Of a DNA stretch of 35,293 nucleotides, positions 1 to 7,445 are shown in pieces. The notes under the pieces were generated by a model that saw only the letters and a program-made list of their open reading frames with translations, was not told the DNA's origin and did no database searches. Position numbers and translations under genes: made by a program. Source of the stretch: Nanobdellota archaeon (GTDB taxonomy: Archaea; Nanobdellota; Nanobdellia; Woesearchaeales; JACPBV01); contig JAQBWB010000002.1 of assembly GCA_027623355.1 (NCBI GenBank), positions 1 to 35,293 on the forward strand. The letters are read 5' to 3'. Position 1 is the first letter of the stretch; each line of letters opens with the position of its first letter.

Positions 1-77
1 CAAGGAATAATCTCAGGAATTTCGAAGATGGTTGCTTTAGCAGCCTACGAACGCTAGTGACTATGCTATCCACATAC
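1..77 (+). mobile_element. MITE-like element, copy A (3' part only, cut by window start)
   Basis: Positions 1-77 match the 3' module of the complete copies at 19990-20187 and 32482-32700 (caaggaataatctcaggaatttcgaagatggttgctttagcagcctacgaacgctagtgactatgctat.cacatac). One mismatch lies in the terminal repeat, at position 70. Confidence 0.6.
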
Positions 78-91
78 AATAAACAGAAAAG

Positions 92-99
92 TGTATATA
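92..99 (+). promoter_or_regulatory. TATA-box-like element upstream of the RHH gene
   Basis: tgtatata lies 22 nt upstream of the in-frame ATG at 122. Other operon-first genes in the window show the same spacing. Confidence 0.35.
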
Positions 100-104
100 C
101 CAAA

Positions 105-121
105 GGGTATCTATGGGTATC
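105..121 (+). promoter_or_regulatory. Direct repeat GGGTATC-N3-GGGTATC between TATA and start codon (possible antitoxin operator)
   Basis: gggtatc at 105-111 and again at 115-121, 10 bp apart, immediately before ATG 122. RHH antitoxins usually autoregulate through repeats that overlap their own promoter. Confidence 0.25.
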
Positions 122-379
122 ATGAACACACAGATTAATCTAAAGATTAATCTAAGAATGCCTCAAACGCTGCCGACTTCAGTTAAATCATATTCAGATG
201 AGCACGGATATGGTTCAGTACAAGACTTCATCAAAGAAACAGTGAGAGAGAAATTGTTTGATGAGCCAGAGATAAGCAAGGATGAGTTGAATCTGGTAAA
301 GAAACTTGTTGCAGTAAGTGAAAAGAAAAAGCTCTATGGTACAGAGGAAGAATTATTCAATAAGTTAGGGAGAACCTAA
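113..379 (+). CDS. Ribbon-helix-helix (CopG/ParD-like) antitoxin-like protein
   Basis: 88-aa ORF; the start may instead be the in-frame ATG at 122. The N-terminal INLKINLRMPQTL strand followed by helices fits the RHH pattern. A RelE-like reading frame follows directly. Confidence 0.6.
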   Translation: MGIMNTQINLKINLRMPQTLPTSVKSYSDEHGYGSVQDFIKETVREKLFDEPEISKDELNLVKKLVAVSEKKKLYGTEEELFNKLGRT

Positions 380-678
380 CAAGGGAATATGAAATTATTC
401 CGTCAACTTTTTTTCTTGAACAAATCAACAATCTCAGCGATGACGCAAAGAAACTAATTGGAGAAAAACTAAGTCTAGCAAAGATAAATCATTATAGGTT
501 TAAGCGAATAGAAGGATACCAATTATTTCTTTTTAGAATTAGGTTTGAAGATGAGAGGAAAGAAAAAAGAGTAGTATATCTAGTGGATAAACCAAAAGTG
601 AAGGTTCTCTGTATTCTTGACAGGAGTGGAGAATACAAACAATTCAGGAAATTTCTAAGAAGCCATGGCCACCTCTAA
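364..678 (+). pseudogene. RelE/ParE-like toxin reading frame without an in-frame canonical start codon
   Basis: Open frame 364-678 is absent from the ORF track. It translates as ..EYEIIPSTFFLEQINNLSDDAKKLIGEKLSLAKINHYRFKRIEGYQLFLFRIRFEDERKEKRVVYLVDKPKVKVLCILDRSGEYKQFRKFL, a RelE/ParE-like pattern. No ATG, GTG or TTG occurs in frame near the 5' end. The ATG at 389 is in a different frame, upstream of a T7 run at 408-414. Confidence 0.5.
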
Positions 679-702
679 ATTATCACTTTAACCCCAATCA
701 TA

Positions 703-710
703 TTTATAAA
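703..710 (+). promoter_or_regulatory. TATA box for the 737-4797 operon
   Basis: tttataaa ends 27 nt upstream of ATG 737. Confidence 0.45.
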
Positions 711-736
711 GAAAGCTTTATTCTAAAGAACTCAAG

Positions 737-1708
737 ATGAATGACTTTTGGAAGGCAAAAAACGTTCTTGTAACCGGAGCAGATGGATTTATAGGCAGCT
801 GGGTTGCTAAAGGACTAATTGATGCAGGAGCAAATGTATTCACAATAGTAAGAGACCTAAAAAGAGTCTGTAGTCTAGACCTTCTAAATATTAAAGACCA
901 TTTAACCATCATCCAGGGAGACATCATCGACTATGCCCTTGTAGAACGCACCATCAACGAAAAAGAAATCGATACTGTCTACCATCTAGCAGCACAAGCA
1001 CTAGTACAAATCGCAAATGCAGGCCCACTCTCAACCTTCAAATCAAACATCGAAGGTACCTGGAACATTCTTGAAGCATGCAGACTACATAAAGTTAAAA
1101 GAGTAATCGTAGCATCAAGCGACAAAGCCTATGGTGTACAAAAAGAGCTACCCTACAACGAAGATTCACCTCTACACGGACTCTATCCTTACGATGCATC
1201 CAAAGCATGCGCAGATATCCTAACAAGATCCTATGCAACCTCCTTCAATCTAAATACAGTTGTAACCAGAAATGCAAACACCTACGGCCCAGCAGATCTA
1301 AATTTCTCGAGAATCATTCCAGACGCAATCGTAACCTTACTAGAAAATAAAGAATTCGTCATCAGAAGCGATGGAACTCCCGAGCGAGACTACATCTACA
1401 TCAAAGACGTCGTATCAGCCTACCTCAAAATAGGAGAAAACATGGAAGATAAAAAAGGCCAAGCCTACAACTTCGGTTCCGGCATTCCCACATCCGTAAA
1501 AGAACTCTTCGCAACAATAGCGAAAGTACTAGGTAAAGATGCACAACCAAAGATTGAAGGGAAAGCAAGCAATGAAATTGACAGACAATTCCTCGATATC
1601 ACAAAAGTAACTTCAACCTTCGATTGGAAACCAGAATTCACACTTGAACAAGGTCTAAAAGAAACCGTAGAATGGTATCAAAACAACAAGGAAAGACTAA
1701 CAAGATGA
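737..1708 (+). CDS. NAD-dependent sugar-nucleotide 4,6-dehydratase/epimerase (extended SDR, CDP-glucose 4,6-dehydratase-like)
   Basis: The N-terminus FWKAKNVLVTGADGFIGSW carries the Rossmann GxxGxxG motif. SSDKAYG and YDASK (YxxxK) are present. Length is 323 aa. Confidence 0.75.
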   Translation: MNDFWKAKNVLVTGADGFIGSWVAKGLIDAGANVFTIVRDLKRVCSLDLLNIKDHLTIIQGDIIDYALVERTINEKEIDTVYHLAAQALVQIANAGPLSTFKSNIEGTWNILEACRLHKVKRVIVASSDKAYGVQKELPYNEDSPLHGLYPYDASKACADILTRSYATSFNLNTVVTRNANTYGPADLNFSRIIPDAIVTLLENKEFVIRSDGTPERDYIYIKDVVSAYLKIGENMEDKKGQAYNFGSGIPTSVKELFATIAKVLGKDAQPKIEGKASNEIDRQFLDITKVTSTFDWKPEFTLEQGLKETVEWYQNNKERLTR

Positions 1709-2349
1709 AAGATGTTCTTATCTGCCTACCTACAAGAAACGAAGCAGCCAATATCCAATACATGATCGACAAGTTAAAAATTCTAAACTATCCTATTATC
1801 GTTGCCGATGCAAATTCTAGAGATGGAACTGTAGAGATAGCCAAAAAGAACAATATCGAAGTCTATCAAAGAGAGGGGCATGGAAAAGCCTACGGTGTAA
1901 GAAAAGCACTACAAGTAGCAAAAGAAAAGAAAGCGAAAATTCTAGTCTTCATCGACTGCGATCGTACCTATCCAACACAAGCAATTCCCAAAATGGTTGA
2001 ATTAATGCAACACAACGACACAGTCATCTGCTACCGAAGCCAAAAACACATTAAACCTCTACACAGAATAGGAAACAACATCCATACCATTGCAATCAAT
2101 CTTTTATTCGGCTCCAACCTAAAAGATATCAATTCCGGATTACGAGCAATACGTGTAGATAAATACAATAAACTCAGATCAGTTGGTTTCGATATCGAGG
2201 CAGAACTCACAATCATTGCAATCCGCAACCACCTCCGTATTAAACAATTCCTCATCCGCTACGAAGAACGCACCGGAGACTCCAAAATAAGACTTCAAGA
2301 CGGCATCACCATCATGCTGAGAATTCTCAAAGAACGTTTACGATTCTAG
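1705..2349 (+). CDS. Family 2 glycosyltransferase (soluble, DPM1-like)
   Basis: I start it at ATG 1705, which overlaps the upstream stop as ATGA. The sequence MKDVLICLPTRNEAANI...IVADANSRDGT...FIDCDRTYP is a GT-A fold with a DxD motif. Confidence 0.7.
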   Translation: MKDVLICLPTRNEAANIQYMIDKLKILNYPIIVADANSRDGTVEIAKKNNIEVYQREGHGKAYGVRKALQVAKEKKAKILVFIDCDRTYPTQAIPKMVELMQHNDTVICYRSQKHIKPLHRIGNNIHTIAINLLFGSNLKDINSGLRAIRVDKYNKLRSVGFDIEAELTIIAIRNHLRIKQFLIRYEERTGDSKIRLQDGITIMLRILKERLRF

Positions 2350-2384
2350 TAAAACTTAAGAACTCATAAGCAATCATAAGCAAC

Positions 2385-3830
2385 ATGCTCTTCAACTCAC
2401 TCCACTTCCTAATCTTCTTCCCCATAGTGCTCTTCATCTATTTTTCCATCGCTCACAAATACCGTTGGATTGTCCTTTTACTCAGCAGTTATTATTTCTA
2501 CATGTCCTGGAAGCCAGAATACATCATCCTCATCATGATTTCAACGATTATAGATTATATTGCAGCAATCCAAATAGAAAAATCCGAATCAAAAGCAAGA
2601 AAAAAGAATTTCCTCATATTAAGTCTAGCAACAAATCTAGGATTACTCTTCGCTTTCAAATATTTCAACTTCTTTAGCGAATCCACTCGCGCCATCTTAC
2701 AACACTTCGCTATTCCATTAGATCCCATGACACTCAAAGTCTTATTACCAGTAGGAATCAGCTTCTACACCTTCCAAACTCTAAGCTACACCATAGATGT
2801 GTACCAAGGAAAAATAAAACCACAAAAACATCTAGGAATCTTCGCAGTATACATAGCATTCTTCCCCCAACTAGTAGCAGGACCAATAGAACGAGCAAAA
2901 AACCTCCTGCCACAATTCCTAGAAAAACATAATTTTGATTACAAAAGAGCCACAAACGGACTAAAACTCATGCTCTGGGGCTTCTTCAAGAAAATCGTCA
3001 TTGCAGATCGTTTAGCAGTACTTGTAAACACCATCTACAACGACCCCACAGGATTCACCGGACTACCTCTAATCATAGCAACCATCTTCTTCGCCTTCCA
3101 AATCTATTGTGATTTCTCCGGATACTCCGATATCGCAATAGGTTCAGCCCAAATGATGGGGTTCACCCTAATGGACAACTTCAAACGTCCCTATTTCGCA
3201 AGATCCGTCTCCGAATTCTGGAAACGATGGCACATTTCATTATCCACATGGTTTAGAGACTATGTCTACATCCCATTAGGGGGAAATAAAGTATCAATTC
3301 CAGGGTGGCACCTCAATATCGCAATTGTTTTCTTATTATCAGGATTATGGCACGGCGCATCATGGACCTTCGTGGTATGGGGAGCCATCCATGGAGCACT
3401 CTTAATCATTGAACGCCTAACAAAACCGCTAAAACAAGCATTTTTCAACATAACCAGGATAACAAGACTTCCAAAATTAACCCACCTAATAGAAATGGTA
3501 TTCACTTTCTCAGTTGTAACGATAGCCTGGATCTTTTTTAGAGCAAATTCGATTGCAGACGCCTGGTACATCCTAACACATCTCTTCACCAACCTTACAT
3601 TTGCACAACTCAACATCCAGATGGGCGCAAAGTGGATATCCCTGATTGTAGCCGTAGGAGTCATTGCATTCATGGAGTTCGTCCACCTTATACAAGAACA
3701 CAAAACCATCCGACAGTTCATGTCCAACAAACCAGTAGTACTACGCTGGATAGTATATCTAGCAATCATCCTAGCAATAATTATATTCGGAGTCTTCAAC
3801 AACACACCATTCATCTATTTCCAATTTTAA
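2385..3830 (+). CDS. MBOAT family membrane O-acyltransferase (AlgI/DltB-like)
   Basis: 481-aa polytopic protein. It has the MBOAT signature FWKRWHISLSTWFRDYVYIPLGG and a later LSGLWHGASW motif with histidine. Confidence 0.85.
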   Translation: MLFNSLHFLIFFPIVLFIYFSIAHKYRWIVLLLSSYYFYMSWKPEYIILIMISTIIDYIAAIQIEKSESKARKKNFLILSLATNLGLLFAFKYFNFFSESTRAILQHFAIPLDPMTLKVLLPVGISFYTFQTLSYTIDVYQGKIKPQKHLGIFAVYIAFFPQLVAGPIERAKNLLPQFLEKHNFDYKRATNGLKLMLWGFFKKIVIADRLAVLVNTIYNDPTGFTGLPLIIATIFFAFQIYCDFSGYSDIAIGSAQMMGFTLMDNFKRPYFARSVSEFWKRWHISLSTWFRDYVYIPLGGNKVSIPGWHLNIAIVFLLSGLWHGASWTFVVWGAIHGALLIIERLTKPLKQAFFNITRITRLPKLTHLIEMVFTFSVVTIAWIFFRANSIADAWYILTHLFTNLTFAQLNIQMGAKWISLIVAVGVIAFMEFVHLIQEHKTIRQFMSNKPVVLRWIVYLAIILAIIIFGVFNNTPFIYFQF

Positions 3831-3831
3831 A

Positions 3832-4797
3832 ATGAAAGAACACAAAATAAAATTCGTAAAAAGAGGCACCCTTTTCCTACTCATAGCCCTAATCACAATC
3901 CTTCTAATTAATCAAGCCTATATCACTAAAATCCTACCAAAGAAGCAAGTCTTCAGAAAAGAGACCGAGTGGCAAACATACAAGTCTTCAATTCCAAACG
4001 CAACACTCCAATACGCCCTCTTCGGTGATTCGCATACACTCTATGCATCAAATCCAAATTTCATAAACAACTCCTATAACTTCGCGTCATCTGCAGAAGG
4101 TTACATCGAAACCTACTACAAACTAAGAAAGATAATAGAAATCGACAACATCGAAATAAAAACAATCATCCTAGAAGTAGACCCCCACACCTTTTCCGAA
4201 AAAACAAGAGCAAACGAAGGACTATTCCATGAATTAAGATATTACACCCAATTCATTCCTCTAAAAGAAATAGCAAAGCACAAAGAACAGAGCATCATCT
4301 CATTAGCAATAGAAAACCATTTACCCATTATCGGAAAAGGGGATGAAATACTTTCACAAGTAGTTTCAAGCGAGATAGATAAAGGATGGATTAGTAGCAA
4401 AAAAGTGTTTGAAGACAAAGACAAACAAAAAATAGCAAGAACCCAATACAAAAAACACTTCACTGCTTCCCCAAACCTAATACAAGAGAAAACATTCACT
4501 TACTTCAAAGAACTCCTCAAATTCGCAAAAGAAAACGAAATCAACATCGTTCTAGTCACCTACCCCCTCACTAAAGAATACCAAAAAGAGATAGAAAACC
4601 TACAATTAGATACTTACTACAACACCATTCTCAAAGAAGCAAATACTATCAGCACATCATACCATATTCTAGAATATCAAGCCCTATTCCTAGAACATCC
4701 AGAATACTTTGGAGATGCAGACCATCTTAACCATCAAGGCGCAGAACAATTTTCAAAAAAACTACAAGAAGACTTAATCACGCTTATATTTAAATGA
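3832..4797 (+). CDS. Membrane-anchored SGNH/GDSL-like partner of the MBOAT (DltD/AlgJ/AlgX-like)
   Basis: It starts 1 nt after the MBOAT stop and has a single N-terminal TM segment. FGDSHT is an SGNH block I-like motif and DADHLNHQGA near the C-terminus is a DxxH block V-like motif. Confidence 0.5.
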   Translation: MKEHKIKFVKRGTLFLLIALITILLINQAYITKILPKKQVFRKETEWQTYKSSIPNATLQYALFGDSHTLYASNPNFINNSYNFASSAEGYIETYYKLRKIIEIDNIEIKTIILEVDPHTFSEKTRANEGLFHELRYYTQFIPLKEIAKHKEQSIISLAIENHLPIIGKGDEILSQVVSSEIDKGWISSKKVFEDKDKQKIARTQYKKHFTASPNLIQEKTFTYFKELLKFAKENEINIVLVTYPLTKEYQKEIENLQLDTYYNTILKEANTISTSYHILEYQALFLEHPEYFGDADHLNHQGAEQFSKKLQEDLITLIFK

Positions 4798-7074
4798 GCG
4801 CACATACCAAAAAACATAACCAAGAACAAAAAGTAACGTCACAATAGAAATCCAAACCCCCTTTCTAAAAGAATCCGATGAATAGTACAATACAACCTCC
4901 TCATCCGCAACAATCAAGGCACTACCCACCCCATTCGCACGATACAAGGTCTGTTCCCCACTAGCCCGCCATTCAGGGAACTGAGAAAACTGCTCAGCCA
5001 ACACCACAATTCCAGAATATCTAGAACTATCTACAGTATACCCATTTGGAGTGTAATCAAGAATATCAAAAGGAGTAACCAAACCAGGACTCAAACCCTT
5101 CAAAAATGAAACAACCTCATCAGTACCAAGGGCAGTCTTTCCCTGCAACACATCAGGCAACAACACCCCCCCACGTTCAACAAATATTCTCAAAACATCA
5201 ATATCAAGTTCAGATAGTGTAGAGCCCGCCAAAAAGATAACCTCTGCATGTTCAATCAAAGCATTAGAAGAAGGATGCTCACCACCAAGAATAATGACCA
5301 TTGAGGTAGGATCAAAGCTATCCTGCACCATAAGGGAATACATCAGCTGTTTTGCATCGTTTTCCTTACCATACACCACAATCGGATGCGAAACAGCATA
5401 AGCACGAGGCAACCAATCAGTTAACTCATACAAATAAGGCCCATACTCCGGATCTCCAGGGAAGACAAATTCACAAGCCCCACAAACTTCATAGGTATCA
5501 ACCAACTCCAAACGAGAATCATTAACTTTTTTGCTAGAATAAAAGTAACGAGTATTCAACATCTGGTAAAACTTCAAAGGATTATATCCTCCAGCTCCTA
5601 GCAAATATTCATTCACATACGAAGGCACCCACACATTGATAGCACCCCAAACAACCTGTTGTTTGTAAGGAATCCCATATACCGATGCCGGAGCACCTAT
5701 CCAGGTAGTCTCCAGATTATGAATCCTAAATACTCCCTTCTGTTCAGAGAGATAAGAAAACAGTGCATTATCCTCCAACATACTCTCGTACGTGTACGGT
5801 TCCTGAGTATCATAATCAGCTCGAGCCGTAAAATAACCAACGTTCAAGAGCAATCCCAAAACTAAGACTACAAAAACACCAAGAATAACTTTTTTCTGCT
5901 TAAACAATGATATTCGTGAGGAAAGATAAGAAAACAAAGACTGGGCACCCTGTGCGGCCAAAATACCAGCCGGAAATCCAACCAAATACAATATCCGGGC
6001 GATATGATGCCCCCGATTAAATCCAGGAAAAAACTTCCACAGTAAATAAAACAAAGATCCCCCACTTGCAGCAACAAAAAGCAATACCAACATCACCCAT
6101 CCCAACATCACCGAGCGCTTTCTCCAGGCAATCAATGAACAAAATACCAAGAACAAAGCGACATATCCAATAGCAACCTGATCTGCACTGCCCAAGTACA
6201 CCGGACCAATTGCCCCCAATACGAGAAATGGATGAACCCAATAATCTGATGCCTTTTCAAGCACCAAGTACGAATCCCGAGCACCCTCTAACGATCTTCC
6301 CGAACTCAAGCTAGAATGCTCACCAAAATCAAGCACAGGTAAGATCTTAACAGCACCCAATCCAACACACACAATAACCGCTACGAAACCTATCGTAACA
6401 ACACGAACCAGGACAGATGTACTAAGCTTAGAGAGAACATGCACCATCAAGTACACCCCAAACAAAAAGGCAGTGTAAAAGAAAATAGGAGGATATCCTT
6501 GATTGAATTGCAGTACAAAAGCAACCCCAATGAGCATACTCCAAAATACTCGCTCTCTCATCAGACGAGAAGCAAGCGCATGAGCCAAAAACAAAAACAC
6601 AACAGGAACGTAATAGTATGCCAGCAACATCTCATCGCCCAAGGTCAATGTATTCTGCAAGGGAAACGCACTAAACAAGAACACCAAGCTTCCAATAACC
6701 GCAAATTTGTCCTGAATCTTAATCTTTCTAAGATAGTAAAACATTGCAATCCCGCCCATAATCATCAGCAACATTTTCTCCAGATTAAATGCAGCAGCTA
6801 CCGATACAAAAGAGGAAAAAAGCGTAAAGGGACGAAACACCATATTCTGAGCCTGTCCAAAGAAGGGAGTTCCACCAAAATAATAAGGAATCCAATGCGG
6901 AAAGAACCCCTCGCGAACAGCCTCCTGAATAAAGCTCCCCATCGTCAAGTAAAAACCACGCTCACCGTGATGGTTAATGTGATTCAACCTAAAAAATCCA
7001 GTATAGCCAAGATAAAAGAACATCAACACGACCAAAACCATCAACCACCTATTCTTCCTAAAGAACTCCTTCAT
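4774..7074 (-). CDS. YfhO-like GT-C-type polytopic membrane protein, paralog 2
   Basis: 766 aa with about 400 aa of N-terminal TM helices and a soluble C-terminal half. It is clearly paralogous to 7427-9730: WLPRAYAV..VVYGKE, VERGGVLLPDVLQG, and an N-terminal FFPHWIPYYFGGTPFF loop. Confidence 0.55.
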   Translation of the reverse strand: MKEFFRKNRWLMVLVVLMFFYLGYTGFFRLNHINHHGERGFYLTMGSFIQEAVREGFFPHWIPYYFGGTPFFGQAQNMVFRPFTLFSSFVSVAAAFNLEKMLLMIMGGIAMFYYLRKIKIQDKFAVIGSLVFLFSAFPLQNTLTLGDEMLLAYYYVPVVFLFLAHALASRLMRERVFWSMLIGVAFVLQFNQGYPPIFFYTAFLFGVYLMVHVLSKLSTSVLVRVVTIGFVAVIVCVGLGAVKILPVLDFGEHSSLSSGRSLEGARDSYLVLEKASDYWVHPFLVLGAIGPVYLGSADQVAIGYVALFLVFCSLIAWRKRSVMLGWVMLVLLFVAASGGSLFYLLWKFFPGFNRGHHIARILYLVGFPAGILAAQGAQSLFSYLSSRISLFKQKKVILGVFVVLVLGLLLNVGYFTARADYDTQEPYTYESMLEDNALFSYLSEQKGVFRIHNLETTWIGAPASVYGIPYKQQVVWGAINVWVPSYVNEYLLGAGGYNPLKFYQMLNTRYFYSSKKVNDSRLELVDTYEVCGACEFVFPGDPEYGPYLYELTDWLPRAYAVSHPIVVYGKENDAKQLMYSLMVQDSFDPTSMVIILGGEHPSSNALIEHAEVIFLAGSTLSELDIDVLRIFVERGGVLLPDVLQGKTALGTDEVVSFLKGLSPGLVTPFDILDYTPNGYTVDSSRYSGIVVLAEQFSQFPEWRASGEQTLYRANGVGSALIVADEEVVLYYSSDSFRKGVWISIVTLLFVLGYVFWYVRSFKYKRD

Positions 7075-7445
7075 TTTTGTATCAACCCAATCATCTGAAA
7101 AACAATAAATTTAGCAAGAAATAACGTCCCAATTACGACCGAACTAGCAACCCATCCTGCTACCGAAAAATAATCTACTAATAACGAAATAAATGCAATC
7201 GTCAACAACGGAAAAAAAATATTTGCAGCAGTATATTTGAGAAACTGAGCATGAATTAATTTAATAGCAAGATAATGATAGTATCGACCAAAGAATGCAA
7301 TAACAACAACCATCGTACTACCCCAAAAACCAGAGAATCCAAGAACATCAATCAAAAATGAGGTAAACAACATAGTGAGCACAGCCCATACTACACCAAC
7401 ACTCAAGAATTTCCCAAAATCAAGCATCAGTTTTTTCTTTTCCAT
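7071..7445 (-). CDS. GtrA-like small 4-TM protein (putative polyprenyl-phosphate-sugar translocase)
   Basis: I start it at the internal ATG 7445 (MEKKKLMLDFGKFLSVGVVWAV..). It has about 124 aa, four hydrophobic helices and the GtrA-type KFLSVG motif. It is sandwiched between the two YfhO-like genes and overlaps both of them. Confidence 0.55.
   Translation of the reverse strand: MEKKKLMLDFGKFLSVGVVWAVLTMLFTSFLIDVLGFSGFWGSTMVVVIAFFGRYYHYLAIKLIHAQFLKYTAANIFFPLLTIAFISLLVDYFSVAGWVASSVVIGTLFLAKFIVFQMIGLIQK

Noticed and set aside
2365-2384. Direct repeat cataagcaa-t-cataagcaa just upstream of the MBOAT start codon
   Set aside because: It is real but very short (9 bp x2) and lies in a 35-nt intra-operon spacer. 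This is too little evidence to call it a regulatory site.
3266-3814. 182-aa ORF antisense to the MBOAT gene
   Set aside because: It has no recognisable motif and is fully contained in the MBOAT coding sequence, which carries family signature motifs.
6439-7098. 219-aa ORF on the + strand, antisense to the YfhO-like gene
   Set aside because: Its translation is low-complexity and rich in K, H, Q and N. It lies entirely inside a well-supported 766-aa gene on the other strand. It is a by-product of the A/C-rich + strand composition.
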